From positions 247,008,001 to 247,072,000 of the forward strand of contig OZ024740.1 of the NCBI GenBank assembly GCA_964016885.1: a stretch of 64,000 bases of DNA, written 5' to 3'. Below, in pieces: positions 12,475 through 26,103 of the stretch. Both the position numbers and the translations under genes were made by a program. Source of the DNA: Eledone cirrhosa (Eukaryota). The notes beneath the pieces are model-generated. The model did no database searches and was not told the DNA's origin. It saw nothing but the letters and a program-made list of their open reading frames with translations. Every line of letters starts with the position of its first letter. Positions within the stretch are counted from its first letter, which is position 1.

Positions 12475-15400
12475 TTCGTCTACAGCGTGATAGTGCTACG
12501 CTAAAATCACCGGGGTGATGAAATCACCGTTGGTTATGTAACCATACATTCACCAATCCTCGATATGAGTGTTTAAATGTCGAACCTAAACAGTTCGAAT
12601 AACGGTGAAATGGAGACTGGAATGTCATGTGACAGACTCTCATCCAGCAGGTGCTCCCTGGCCCAGCAGCAGGCTGTCATCCAAATACTGCTGGTGTTGG
12701 AGGAAGAAGAAGGAAAGGGACCAGAACCAACTGGACGAAAGAATTGAATAGAACTGTTATGCAATGTTACCTGAAGAGTAACCCCAAGGATAAAGGCTAT
12801 AGGAAACGGATGCATAACATCTAGAACGAGATGGGTCTATTTAAATTAGATGAACAAAAATTGACCGGGCAGGCTCGGGTAATAAGAACTAATGGGTGGA
12901 TAAGCGAGCTGGAACTGGAGGAACTGAGCAGAGAGATTAGGTTGTAAATGGAGAGTGGAGTATGCCAGGCAAACGAGCCAGTGGGAAATGAAGGTGAAGA
13001 GGTTGAGAGAACGGAGGAAGCATCCGAAGCAGACAATGATCTGAATGCTGAAATAAATAATACCTGGAACAAAGATACGGCCATTGAAGAAATGAATGCT
13101 GACGGGCTAGGACAAGATTTGGTTGATATCCTAAACTTAGTGGTAGATGAAATGAACAATGATAGTGGGAAACCTATGAACCTAAGATTTGTAGACAGGA
13201 AAAAGTTAAAAGAAACAACACCTAAGGTAAATAAAGTCATCCCATACCTTGAGGCGTGGCGCTTTCACCAGTGCAACAATATCCTCAAAGCAACAGCAAA
13301 TGCGATGAGGAAATTACTTGGCATAAAAGCGAGAGGAAACAACAAACAAGAAGGATCAGAACCTTGGTGGAAGAAACGACTGAATGGTCAAATCAGGGAA
13401 ATGAGAAATGACATTGGAAAGCTTAAGTCCCTACTGAATGGGACACTAAAAAACATAGACACAAAAAATAGACTGGAAATAAAGTGCAAAACTAGGAGGA
13501 AAAAGCTAAATATTATCATAGAGGAACTGAAGCAACGTATTGTAGCAAAGAGTGCAAAAATTAGGCGATACGAGAGCAGAGTCAGTCGGTATAGACAGAA
13601 CCGCATGTTTGACAACAACCAGAAGATGCTGTTTGGACAGCTTGAAGGGAAAGAAAGAGGCAACGACTTGATCCTTGAGGCGGAACAAACTAAGTCATTC
13701 TGGAGAGGAATATGGGAGCAGGATGTTAAACATAATGATCAGGCAGTGTGGATTGAGACAGTTCAAAAGGAGATTAGTGAACAGGCACACCAACAAACTG
13801 ATTTGATTATAACAGTTGAAACTCTTAAGGGGTAGGCCAAAAAACTAACCAACTGGAAATCACCAGGCCCAGATGGTGTGCAGGGTATTGGATTAAAAAT
13901 ATAACAACCCTCCACCTGAAACTGACAACCATGTTCAATGACTCCTTGATGTCAGGTGAGGTACCAGAGTGGTTGACAAAAGGTACCACAGCTCTGGTAA
14001 TGAAAGACCGAATCAAGGGTAATGATGTTACCAACTATAGACCTATCACATGTCTGTCCGTAATGTGGAAACTCTTAACAAGCATTGTGTCTGAGGAAAT
14101 CTACCATCACCTCCACATAAACAACTTGTTACCGGACGAACAGAAAGGATGCCGTGGTACAAAGGACCAGTTACTTATTGATAAGATGGTAATGAGGAAT
14201 TGCAAGAGGAGACACACTGGTTTTGCCATGGGATGGATAGACTACAAAAAGGCATTCGACATGGCACCTCATTCTTGGATCACCAAAAGCCTAGTGATCT
14301 TCAGGGTGGCAGATAACAGACAGTTGTTGAGCAAAAGTATGAAGTCCTGGAAAACAGAGTTAACATCGGGCGGAGAATCCTTGGGAGGTGTGAAGATCAA
14401 GAGAGGTATCTTCCAGGGAGATAGTCTGTCCCCTCTGTTGTTTGTCCTTGCCCTGATACCCCTGACCATTATACTGCGAAAAGTGAGAGCAGGATACAGG
14501 TTGGGAAAGGGAGAGCTTACCATCAATCACCTCCTCTTCATGGGCGATCTTAAGCTCTTGGGGAAGAGTAAGAAGGAGTTGGATGTGCTTGTTGACACTG
14601 TCCGTATTTTCAGCAGTGATATATTTATGCAATTTGGTATTAATCAGTGTGGAGTCCTTGTGATGAAGAGGGGTAAATTGTGCAGAAGCAACGGAATCCA
14701 GGTACCAATAGGTGAGATGATAAAGGAAATTGATACTGAAGAGAGATAAAAATATTTAGGTGTTCTGGAGGCTGATGACATCAAGAACAAAAAAATGAAG
14801 GAATTGATAAGATCTGAGTACATTAGGAGAGTAAGGAGCGTATTAAAATCACATCTAAATAGTAGGAATGTCATAAGTGCAGTGAATTCAAGAGCTGTGT
14901 CTATTATTAGGTACAGTGCGGGAATTCTGAGATGGAATGTTGCTGAACAAAAAGAAATGGATAGGAAAACTAGGAAGCTATTGACTATCTACAACATGTT
15001 CCACAAGAGGAGTGATATCGATAGATTCTACTTAAAGAGATCTGAAGGTGGAAGAGGTCTTATCAGCATAGAGGACTGTGTTCAGATGGAGAAAAACAAC
15101 CTACACAAATGAGTGACTGATAGTAGGGATCCAATGCTCAGAATTGTGCTGACGGAGAGGACAATAGAACAGGGGATGTCCAAGGAGAGCAACCTTCATG
15201 AAAAATCCCTTCATAGTACCTTCTTTGAGAAAACTGAATTTAGAGATGCACAGACATGGAAGTGGTTGAAAAGAGGAGACCTTAAAAAGGCTACAGAAGG
15301 AATGCTAATGGCTGCGCAAGAGCAGACCCTCAAAACGAAGTGGGTGAAACACCATATTTACAAGGAGGAGGCTAGCCCACTGTGTAGTATCTGTGGAGAG

Positions 15401-16026
15401 AGAGTGGAGACTGTGGCTCACATTGTATCCGAGTGTAAACACCTAGCCCAGACTCGCTATAAAGGCTGGAGAAATGAGCTGATGGGCAGGGTGATCCACT
15501 GGCACCTATGCAAAGTAAACAATTTACCACATTCTGAGAAATGGTATGAGCATAAGCCAGAGTCGGTGATAGAAAACGATCAGGTGAAGGTGCTGTGGGA
15601 TTTTAGGATACAGACGGACAAGAAACTGGAACACAATAGACCTGACATGGTGCTTTTGGACAAGGAAAAAAGATCATGGCTGATTGTAGATGTAGCCTGC
15701 CCATTTGACACGAGTGTGCAAGAAAATGAGAGGGAGAAAATTAACCGATACCAGGACTTAAAGTGGAAGGTAAAAAGGATTTGGAACTGCCATGAAGTCA
15801 GAGTCGTCCCGATTGTCATAGGCGCACTAGGTACTATCTCCACGAGTTTCCAGGGCTGGTTAAAGAAAATTAGTCCAGCCCCGCTTTTTGGAACACTTCA
15901 AAAGCCATGCTTGCTGGGATCAGCAAGAACCCTCCGATACGTCCTGAATATCTGAGGCTGCAGGAAGCGGCTTGATATTCGTTTCAACAAACTTTTCAGT
16001 TAAATAACTTCAATGACTGAGACTCA

Positions 16027-16028
<2 letters not shown>
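12475..16028 (+). mobile_element. Near full-length Dong/R4-clade non-LTR retrotransposon (RT + CCHC + RLE), several stops and frameshifts
   Basis: NYRPITCL, WIDYKKAFD, GIFQGDSLSPL, HLLFMGDLKL, CSICGERVETVAHIVSEC, NRPDMV..IVDVACP, PIVIGALG; ends in (TAA)n. Confidence 0.92.
12577..15955 (+). pseudogene. Dong/R4 single ORF (RT-RLE), disrupted
   Basis: ORF pieces 12948-13835, 13931-14749, 14795-15112 and 15113-15955 are colinear. Confidence 0.88.

Positions 16029-16080
<52 letters not shown>
16029..16080. repeat. (TAA)n microsatellite shared by Dong and Tx1 3' ends
   Basis: Pure AAT repeats between two convergent LINEs. Confidence 0.95.
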
Positions 16081-16081
<1 letters not shown>

Positions 16082-16323
16082 TTTTCTTTATTAACCACAA
16101 GGGTTCACATAAAGTAGACATTAAGGACAGTACAGGACAATACAGGAGGGTACAAATGGGCATTTCTGCGTGTAAAAAAACAGAGGTTGAAATAAAATAA
16201 CAAAGAAAAATTCCCCAATAGGGGGGAGACTTCCAAGGGACATTTGTGGAGAAAGCCCATTAAAAGACCACAGTGGCCCTGACCACCAGGGCAAGTGCCC
16301 TCTCCCAGTTTTCCACCTTTAAT

Positions 16324-19300
16324 TTACAGACACATACTCAGAGAAGGCCCATTCATTCGGGCCATACTTGCTTCTCTCACCCATCTTTCAACAAAATGCT
16401 GGGAAGAGAGCACTTCCCTCTCTACCCTGATTTTCCTTTTCAAATGAAATTTGAAAAAGTTAATCAGGGCATCACCGAAGAGGTAAGTGCTCGTCTTCAG
16501 CCCTTTCAAACGTGTCCACCATACTATCTCTTTCGCCATGGCCACCAGACAGATAAAAACTGCCTGCCCTTCCAGGCTAAAGGAAGGGGGCGGGGCAATC
16601 CTCACGATGGACTCAGCTGATAGCTGGATAGGTCCTACACGTGACAGCAGGTGTTCGACATAAACCCACAAGTCAGCAATGCTCGGACACTGGACGAGTG
16701 CGTGCAGGACGGTTTCGTCGCCCTGCGCGCATCTCGGACATGCCCGGCTGACGGCACCTCCATGCCTGTAGAGTTTATCCCGAACTGGCAAAGCTCCTCG
16801 GTAGCACTGCCAGGCCAGGGATTTCTGGAAGTTGTCCATAGGCCCCGGCCCGAAAGTCCTTCCGAAGAGATTGGCTAGTTGATTTTCGTCGACGCCTAGA
16901 GTTTCTCCAAGTACGTCGTCGCTCTTCCCCTCCACTAATCCCTTATAGAACGCCAAGGTGGAGTTTCCACCGATCACATTGCCCGATTGGTCGAGGGGTG
17001 TGAGCGCCTGAAGACATTCCAGTCTCCAAGCGCTCCCTCTCGGTCTTCGCTTGACCCAGGACTGCAGCTCCGTCAAGGAGACGAGCTGGGGAAAAACGTG
17101 TCTTGCAAACGGCGACCACACCTGATCACCGTCGAGGAAGAGGTGGAGATGTCGTAGCCTGAGCGCGTGTCTGCGCATCATCAGCCACGGCATTCCCAGC
17201 CCTCCACGTAGCGGGTGTTGACAGCCGATGGACCGCCTGACCATCGGAGCGCGTCCCTTCCACAAGAAGCGAAAGAGCAAACGCTCCAGCGCAGTCAGGC
17301 GGGGTTTAGGACAAGGTACGACGGTCAGGCGGTAGTAGATGACGGATGCGATGTACGCATTCGCCACCTCCGCTCGACCTTTCAGGGATAGCTTCCTCTC
17401 GGCCCATTTCTGGGTGAGAGAAGCCACCCTGCTCGTCACCTCGTCCCAGTTTTTGTCCGTCTGGAGGTCTGGACCGAACCAGACCCCTAGCAATTTAACC
17501 GGTCCGTCCGTCCAGCGCCCGACGACGCTGTTGGACGGCATGGACCTGCCTCTCCAGGTGCCGAGCTGCAGGCCCACTGACTTTTCCTGGTTGATCATTG
17601 CTCCTGTCACCGCTTCGTATTCTCTTAGTGTAGTGCCGATCGCCTCGATGTGTTTGGCGTTCGACACCACTACGGTGACATCGTCGGCATATGCTGACAC
17701 GGATCTTCCGCATCCTAGTTCGCGCGGGACCCCCCTCAACGTCTCCAGTTTGTGCAGTAATGGCTCGAGAGTCAATACGTACAAGAGGGACGAGAGGGGA
17801 CATCCTTGGCGGACCGAGCGCATGATGTTGAACGGTTCCGAAAGGTGACCGTTCACTCTCACTACAGAGCAGATGTCGCTGTGCATGGCAGCGATCCAGC
17901 CTCTGAAGACGGGCCCAAAGCCAGCCGCCCTCAGGACTGCCGTTAGGTAACGATGGTCGACCCTATCGAAGGCTTTCGACTGATCTAAATTGATCAAAGA
18001 CCCACCCATGCCAGGTTCCCTAGCTACCCTCTCTACGATGTATCGCATGAGGTGGAGGTTGTCGTGGATGGATCTGTCGGGAATGGCGCATGTCTGTGCC
18101 TCTCCCACCAGACCACCAACGACAAGCGCCAACCTCTTTGCTAGCACCTTGGCCAAAATCTTGAACTCTGTGTTTAGCAGGGTTATGGGCCTAAAATTAT
18201 CTATGTTATCCCCCTTGTTCGGATCCTTTCTCAGCAGCGCCACCGCTCCTCGGCTCACAGAGCTGGGAATTCTCCCGTTCTGTTGCCAGTTGCAGTAGAC
18301 GTCCGCCAAGAGGCCTCCGAACAAGTTTGGCATTTGTACGTAAAGTTCATAGGACAGACCATCCAAACCAGGCGATTTACACCTTGTGCAACTAGTCATT
18401 GCATCCCGTATTTCAGCGGTTGTTATCGGCTTTTCGCAACACTCCGCCTCAGTGGCCGAAAGCCGCGGCAGTCCGTCGAGGTAGACACTAAAGTCCATCC
18501 CTCGATCCGGCCCGCCACTGCCCCCGAACAGTTGAGCGAAGTGTCGCTGAAAAGCTTCACACATTTGCCCGGGATCGAGTAGCATGCGCCCGTCGTGGTC
18601 CACCAAAGACCGGATCGTGGCTTTGTTGCCACGACGCGCCTCCGCCACTCGGGCCCATTGAACGGCTTTCGTCCCCTCGTGTCTGAGAGCACGCACCCTA
18701 GCTCTGACAACGCAGCCTTCGTGATTCGCATTGAAGAATTGGTCAAGGGCCAATTTCGCCGCAAGTACGTCGGTCGCGATGCCTTTGCTAAGCGCCTCAT
18801 CTAATTTTCTAACTAATTCTCCCTCTGCTCTATTTTTCTCTATTGCTAAAGTCTTACTAAACCTAATGGACTCTATTCTAATTGCTCTTTTCAGAGCAAA
18901 CCACCACTTGTTGTTGACGATGGCCCCCGTCAACGCCCGCTTAACTAGTTCGCTAATCCGGTCTCTGTAGGCCTTGCGCGCTGGTAAGGACGCGTTTAGC
19001 TTCCAGTAGCCGGGTCCTTGTCTATGAAGCCTATCTAAGTCAAGCACACAGATCACGAATTTGTGGTCCGCGTAGCTGACTATCTTGAATTGTGGACAGC
19101 CTATGCTAGACCTATCTATTTCCCTACAAAATACTCTATCTAGATATGATCTGGATGACCCTATGCGATTTGTCCAAGTCCACATTGGTACATTCGGGAA
19201 ATCCATTCGGTACCTGTCAGACAGTTCAAAACGTCTGAGCAGGTTGGTGAGACTCTTGCACCCTCCTTCCCTATCCACTAATCCCACACAATCCCAGCGT

Positions 19301-19742
19301 GCATCTAAGATCCCGTTCCAGTCGCCCACTAACACTAAAGAGCGGGACGTTCCAAGAAAGGTCTCCAGACACCGGTAGAAATCTGGCCGCCCTGCTCCTG
19401 TCGGGGCATAGACGGCCACTAGTCTGAAAGCTTGCCCGTCTCCGCTGGTCACGTCCAGCACCACCAACTTACCTTCTGGGTCCAGGAAGATGGCCCGTAT
19501 GGAGAGATCCAAACCTCTCCGAAAAAGCACAGCAACTCCACCCCCGATCCAGGACGGCTGGGAGATGCGTACACATCGTAGCCGCCGAAAATCGGTGCGA
19601 AGGCCCGTACTTCGGAGATTCTGGTCTCGCTGATGGCCACTACATCTACGTTTAGTGACCTGAGGTCGTTGAGCAGGTGGCCCTGCTTCCATGACGACCC
19701 CAAGCCAGGCGCATTTATGCTGCCTATTCTGAGTGTGGTCAT
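16324..19742 (-). CDS. Tx1 ORF2: APE endonuclease + RT + zf-RVT; one frameshift near 19570
   Basis: IGSINAPG..AISETR (19449-19742 ORF) shifts into the long ORF with VYAP, LVGDWN, YLDRV, ADH, NFRPITLLN, LDQSKAFD, VRQGCPLS, AYADD, CPRC..HALVQC. Confidence 0.9.
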
Positions 19743-19776
19743 GTTGAAATGGAGTGGAAAAGATGGGAAAGACCAC

Positions 19777-21728
19777 TTACCTTACTTCTGGTAGAAGAAG
19801 GATGGTTTCTCCATCCTTTTCACTGCATGTGGCCTCCTCCGGAAGGATGTCCTTATAAATCCTCCCGGAGAGTGCTTGTCGGAAGTCTCCGATGTCTTTG
19901 GGGAATTTTTGTTTTAGTGTTGTGTACGTTTGCTGTGTGATGCGAGTGATTTGTATGTGTGGAGGCGGTGTGAACTTTTGGATTATTGTGTAGTCTTTTT
20001 CTGTGAAGCTGGTGTTGTGTTTGATGTAGTGTAATAATTGCTTGTTGTTCAAATTTAATGCTGTGTAGTGTGTATCGTTTTGGTTGTTTTGTTTTGTTTG
20101 CGTTTGTTGTGGGTTTGTTTCTGTTTCGCTTTTTGGTGACTTTTGTGGTGTAGGTGATGGTGGTGTTGGGGTTAATGATAGTGACGGTGTTGGTGTGTGT
20201 GGTGATGGGGTTGGTGATGCTGGTGTGGATGGTGGCATAGCTGTCCTAACTTTTTGCTTGATTGTTTATTTGTTTCCCTCTGTATTTTGTTTTTGGAGGG
20301 GGAAGGAAGAGGATTAGTTTCTTTTTTGGTCTCTTTTTCCTTTTTTCTTTTTTCCTGATACCGTTTCCTACTCCTCGTCGTCACAATCTGTCTCCAGTTA
20401 CGGTAGGTCGGGGAGTGGATAATCCTACACAGCCGTTGGTTTTGGTTGTGGCGTGGTGGATGGTGTAGGAGCTGGTGCTAGTTCTGGCGCGTTGGGTGGT
20501 GGTGGTGTTGGTTTTGCTACTGTTGCTGGGGTTGTTGCTGTTACAGTTGCTTCTGTTGTTGCTGCTACAGTTGTTGCTGCCATTTCTGCTGCTGGTGGTG
20601 TTGATGGTTGAGTCACTGGGGTGGGTAAGAGAGGTGGCCTCAACCTTTTAGCCTGAGGGCAGAAAGCCCTTAGGTGGGTTCCTTCACCACAAATGACACA
20701 GCTAGGCCTTCTGCCCTCGACGATTACGGTGAGGTGACTGCCGTCAGTGAGGTCTATTACCTCTGGGATCTCCTCAATGCTTTTTTGGTCCGCTTGGATC
20801 AGGAGCTCCATCCCAGATCCGGACCAGTTCTCCTGCTTTTCTTTCGCTATTTCGATTATCTTGGTGTTGGCTTCGATGCCGGCGAGGACGGCAGCCATTA
20901 GTCAGGGAATTTCGATGACCAGTGGAACGTGGGACACCCTGATCTTCACGAGTCTCTGGCCACAATAGCTTGGGACGAGTGTGAAGTCGTCACTTCTTAA
21001 TGAGGCCATGGAATGTTCTCTGGCCTCCTGTGGTGTTTCAAAGAACACGTCCACGGTTCCATACTTCTGCCCACGTCTGGTGTGGGTTTTTTTTGCCCAC
21101 ACATGTCCCAAAGCTTTTTGGATTTGGGACTCGGATGCCCGTTCCACTCGGCGAGATTTTACGTTAATCGTCCGATAAGACACGGTGCATAGGCGCCGAT
21201 GCTTCATTTTATTAGGTGTGTGTGTGTGTGGGGGGGGGGGGTAAGGCTGACCCTGTACCCATCTTTCTTTCCCATTTTTTTGGCTTCTTCTAATTCCTCC
21301 TGAGTTACCTGGAATGCTTCGCACTTTTTTGCTACTCTGGCAAAAGACTGGGTGGTTTTCTTATTCTCTTTGTTGCTGTTGTTGTTATCGTTATTTTTGT
21401 TATTGTTAATTTTAGTTTCAGTTGTGGTGGTGGTGGCGTCAGTTGTGTCAGGTGTGGAAGAGTTCATTTTGGCTGAATTCGTTTCGATATCACGAGATAA
21501 TTTATATTTTTCTTTTGTTTCTGTTGTCGCTGTGGTGCTGGTGGCGGCTTCAACACCTGCAGTCAATGGTAATGGCGGGAAATGAATGTCTGCCTGAGAC
21601 AAATTAAAAATATTGCTACTGCTTATATTTTTAGTGTTGGCAAACGTAGTAATATTTACAATGGCGGTGTGAGGTGTTAGTTTGTGAGGAAGGCTCTCAG
21701 CTACTGGGTTCGGCTGTGAGTCGGCCAT
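19777..21728 (-). pseudogene. Tx1 ORF1 (gag-like CCHC knuckle), disrupted
   Basis: MADSQ..SFARVAK..VKIRVSHVP..CVICGEGTHLRAFC and a Pro/Thr-rich tail; frameshifts and one stop. Confidence 0.75.
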
Positions 21729-21942
21729 GATTTTTCAAAGAAATTTTTTTTTTTGATAATTATAAAAGTTTAAATTTTGGGCTCAAGGCCCCAATCATTT
21801 TAAGTGTCCTTTTCAGAAAACAATGTATGTGCACTTATATACAGTTAACAGTAAAAATGTTCCATACATGGCAATATTAAACAACTGAAAACAACAAACC
21901 TTTGCGACACTTACGATGATACGATTTACTACGTAGGTCGCC

Positions 21943-21990
<48 letters not shown>

Positions 21991-21992
<2 letters not shown>

Positions 21993-22660
21993 TTTCTTTA
22001 TTGGCCACAACGGCTGACATCAAGACGGCACAGGACGGTACGATGTGGGTTTTGTGCGTGTAAATATTTTTATTATTTATATAAGAAAAGAAAAAAAACC
22101 ATAGAATAATATATATATATATAACAATAAAAATGAAAATTGAAACAATGAAAAATTCCCCAATAGGGGGGAACCCTCCGAGGGTTACTCGTGGCGAAAA
22201 CCACACAAAAGACCACGGCCACCCTGTCCACCAAGGCAAGCGCCCTCTCTCAATTTTTCCATTTCTCAAACTACAGACGTATATTCAGAGCGGTCCCGTT
22301 CACTCGGACCATTCTCGCTACATTCACCCACCTTTGAACAAATTTGCTAGAAAGCAGCACTTGCCTCTCCACGCTGATTTTCCTCTTCAAGTGAAACTTG
22401 AAAAAGTTAATTAGGGATTCGCCGAAGAGGAAAGTGTCTGTTTTTAACCCTTTCAACCTTGTCCACCACACAATCTCTTTCGCCATGGCCACCAGGCAGA
22501 TGAAAACCGCCTGCCCTTCCTCCTCGAAGGAAGACGGCGATGCCATCTGCACAATGGACTCAGTCGATAACCGGATCAGTCCTACACGCCACATCAACTG
22601 TTCGACATAGCTCCACAAGTCAGCAATGCTCGGGCACTGAACAAATGCGTGCACGACGGT
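21991..22660 (-). mobile_element. 5'-truncated Tx1 LINE (zf-RVT end and 3'UTR)
   Basis: HAFVQCPSIADLW..AMAKEIVWWTRLKG; ends AATAAAGAAATC then (ATT)n. Confidence 0.9.
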
Positions 22661-22662
22661 TA

Positions 22663-23389
22663 ATCGGGCTGGATACCCAATCACGCATTTGAATCTCTGG
22701 GAGTGAAGGACCTCTAGTCCTTGTCAGGAGAGGGCATCTCAAGAAACTGGGTTAACTCCGACATAAAAATCTGCGGTTCAGTAGTTACCGATGATGTTGA
22801 TCTTTTCTTCTTTTCGGGTATAGCTACTGCCGCCCAGAGAGTGGGATTGACTCAGTGCACAGTCTTTCCTCACTTTAAAAATATTCTTCACGCACAGGCA
22901 TTGCACGATTGCATTAATTAATAATTATTAATAGTGTCGGTGATAGAAAACGATCAGGTGAATGTGCTATGGGATTTTATGATACAGACGGGCAAGAAAT
23001 TAGAACACAATAGGCCTGACCTGGTGGTTTTGGACAAGGAAAATAAGATCGTGCCTGATTGTAGATGTAGCCTGCCCATTTGACACGAGAGTGCAAGAAA
23101 AGGAGAGGGAGAAAATTGACCGATACCAGGACTTAAAATGGGAGTTTAAAAGGATTTGGAACTGCCATGAAATCAAGGTCATATCATAGGCGCACTAGGT
23201 ACTATTTCAAAGAGTTTCCAAGGATGGTTAAAGAAGATTAGCCCAGCCCCGCTTTTGGGAACACTTCAAAAAGCATGCTTGCTGTAAACAGTAAGAACCC
23301 TCCGATATGTCCTGAATATCTGAGGCTGCAGGTAGCGGCTTGATATTCATTTCCAGTTAACTAACATCAATGACTGAGACTGAAAGAAC

Positions 23390-23427
<38 letters not shown>

Positions 23428-23716
23428 CACTATTAATAATTATTAATTAATGCAATCTTGCAATGCCTGTGCGTGAAGAATATTTTTAAAGGGAGGAAAG
23501 ACTGTGCACTGAGCCAATCCCACTCTCTGGGCGACAGTAGCTATACCCGAAAAGAAGAAAAGATCAACATCATCGGTAACTACTGGACCGCAGGTTTTAT
23601 GTCGGTGTTAACCCAGTTTCCTGCGATGCCTTCTCTAGAAGGATGCCCTGACAAGGGCTAGGGGTCCTCTCCCCCCCCAGTGGTTTAACTGCGTGATCAG
23701 GTATCCAGCCCGATTA
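22663..23716. repeat. Inverted repeat (~275 bp arms) enclosing a Dong fragment
   Basis: 22663-22937 is the diverged reverse complement of 23427-23716. Confidence 0.85.
22935..23390 (+). mobile_element. 5'-truncated Dong/R4 LINE (RLE and 3'UTR)
   Basis: Close match to 15562-16025; ends in (TAA)n. Confidence 0.92.
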
Positions 23717-23777
23717 TTTCTATGTCCACGCACATGAATAAAAAAAACACACTCACTTATTGACACTCATACGTACG

Positions 23778-23808
<31 letters not shown>

Positions 23809-23862
23809 CACACACGCACACCAACACTCATGCATACAAACAAATACACACACGCCACTCAC

Positions 23863-23913
<51 letters not shown>

Positions 23914-24039
23914 ATATATATAATATATATATATATATTACCATCATGACTGATACAAGATTATGTCAACTGTTGACTTTCGAAAGAGTTCCTATAATTG
24001 AAGCCGTCCGTGTTACTGTTCAGTATTATTATAATTGCT

Positions 24040-24184
24040 TTACAGCATAGAGCTATGGCCCTCTACGTTCCGAGCTCAAATGCCGCCGTGGCCAACCTTG
24101 CCTTACATCCCCACGGAGTCGATAAAACAGAACAACAGTATTGCGCTCGGACAATCGCTGGCCCCGTGCCAAAACCAGAAACAT
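24040..24184 (+). mobile_element. Diverged tRNA-derived SINE
   Basis: gagctcaaatgccgccg..ccttgccttacatcc..gtcgataaa..gtgccaaaaccagaaac. Confidence 0.7.
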
Positions 24185-25017
24185 TATTATTATTATAGTT
24201 GTTTTCTTAAGGCCCGATCGCTGGTGATGGTGATGGTGGTGGTGGATGGAGGTGGTGATGGTGGAGGTGGTGATGTTTTTGTTATTTTTAAATTGTTTTT
24301 ATCGTTTGATGCCGCAGTTGTAAATGTTGTTCATTTCATTCTGATGCTGTTGTTGCTGTAGACATTGGTGCCGGTGTTGTTATTGTTGTTGTAGATGCTG
24401 TTGTAGACGCTGGGGTTGAAATTTGGTCGTTTTGACTGAGTGATATATTTAATATATATTTGTGAAATGGGCGGTGGTTGAAATTCAGATGTGCACGGTT
24501 AACTGGTAGTAGACGTGGTCGGACTGACATGAAAATTTACACACCTATGTAAAAAGTGCCAAGGAAACAAATAGACGAGGTTTCAAATTTCTAACTTGAA
24601 AAATGTGGTTCCTGGCGCCCCAAAACTATCGCGTTCGGTGAGTTATTTCCCCCTGTTCTAATACTTTTGTCTTATTTTCAATTTTATCAACGTTCTTTCG
24701 CTGTTAACATACAGTTCCAACAATTTGAAAAATATTATTGAAAGTTTATTATAAAGAAGCAGTTTCAGGAAAAATTGTAAACTATCATACAAACCTTCAT
24801 AATATGCATTTTTAAACTTGCATATCAGCGACATTGCTATTTCGCTGTTAATACACTATCATCCTTCTACATTTAACGATCATACAGTACCGTTTTATGA
24901 AATCGATTCTGCAGTACGGTCACTATTTTCCATCAAAAGAAATAAAACCCTTGGCGATACTTGGTTTTAGTGTCCTAAATTATCATCATCGACATTCAAT
25001 TATTAGCTCCACCCACT

Positions 25018-25340
25018 ACACGATACGTCACGAAGGTAAATGTTTCGAAAAAATGTTAAACTGTATATCGCAACAATATATTGTTTAAAGAAATTTTTTT
25101 TCTGTTGTTAAAAACTGTAAATCTGTTAAAAGAAAAATGTATTTCGCAGCAATTTTTTTCTGTTAAAAACTGTAAATAAATATTCATCTAAAAATGAAGC
25201 ATAGTGTTTCGGTTAAATACATTTTTTTTAACAGATTTACAGTTTTAAACAACAGAAAAAAAATTTCTTTAAACAATATATTGTTGCGATATACAGTTTA
25301 ACATTTTTTCGAAACATTTACCTTCGTGACATATCGTGTG
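25018..25340. repeat. Inverted repeat with internal short subrepeats
   Basis: cacgatacgtcacgaaggtaaatgtttcg... is mirrored at 25222-25340; aaaaactgtaaat subrepeats continue to ~25560. Confidence 0.75.
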
Positions 25341-25721
25341 TTAAAAAGAAAATGTATTTCGCAGCAATTTTTTTCTGTTAAAAACTGTAAATAAATATTC
25401 ATGTAAAAATGAAGCATAGTTTTCTGTGAAAAACTGTAAATAAATATTTATTTTGTTCAAAAAATAAATCAAAAATCTAATTTCCTCTGTTAATATTTTA
25501 ATAAATATTTATTCTAAAAATTCAATGTTTTTTCGTGTAAAAATGAAGCATGAATATGTAAAAATCAAGTAGCAGCAGCTAGTATATATAGCAGCTGCTA
25601 GTATATATATATATATTTAAAGGTTAAACAAGGTTCAATGAATAAATCAATGAATAAAGTTTTGCAATAGATTAGAAGTACTCCACAGTATTAGTTTTCC
25701 GGAGTTATTAATATTAATTCA

Positions 25722-25905
25722 GGGCGGTGGATTGGCAGTATCGGTAGAGGGTCGGACGCCATGCTTTCCAGCATAGTTACGTCCCTTTACGATCTGAGTT
25801 CAAATCCCGCCGAGGTTGACTTTGCCTTTCATCCTTACGGGGTCGATAAAATAAAGTACCAGTAATGCACTGGGTAATTGCTGGCCTTGTGCCTAAAGTA
25901 GAAAC
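25722..25905 (+). mobile_element. tRNA-derived SINE with 19 bp TSD
   Basis: Full-length; AGTTATTAATATTAATTCA at 25703-25721 and 25906-25924. Confidence 0.93.
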
Positions 25906-25961
25906 AGTTATTAATATTAATTCAAAATATTAACAAATATAGACATTCGTGTGATCAAGTA

Positions 25962-26028
25962 TATTTTATTATACATATTTCAGAGGTACTGAGCTACCTT
26001 CAACAGTGCGTCCTCATCAGATAAAATA
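25962..26028 (-). ncRNA. Minimal hammerhead (weak stem II)
   Basis: Reverse complement of 26104-26170. Confidence 0.6.
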
Positions 26029-26103
26029 AGATGATGTATGACATACCTTGACTAAGTGATGGTTTTAACCATCTACTTAGTCAAGGTATGTCATGCATCA
26101 TCT

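Larger units (their letters stand above)
16081..21942 (-). mobile_element. Full-length Tx1-clade LINE flanked by (ATT)n on both sides
   Basis: 5'UTR, ORF1, ORF2 and a 3'UTR ending AATAAAGAAAAC; (TAA)n at 16029-16080 and 21943-21990. Confidence 0.9.

Noticed and set aside
16273-19378. Antisense and alternative-frame ORFs inside Tx1 (also 39617-41964)
   Set aside because: Expected shadows of GC-rich coding sequence; no recognisable motifs.
24540-25570. DNA transposon or MITE
   Set aside because: Internal inverted and short repeats are seen, but no convincing terminal repeats, TSD or transposase.
25722-25815. tRNA gene
   Set aside because: A and B boxes are present, but there is no proper cloverleaf and it continues into a repeated SINE body with a TSD.
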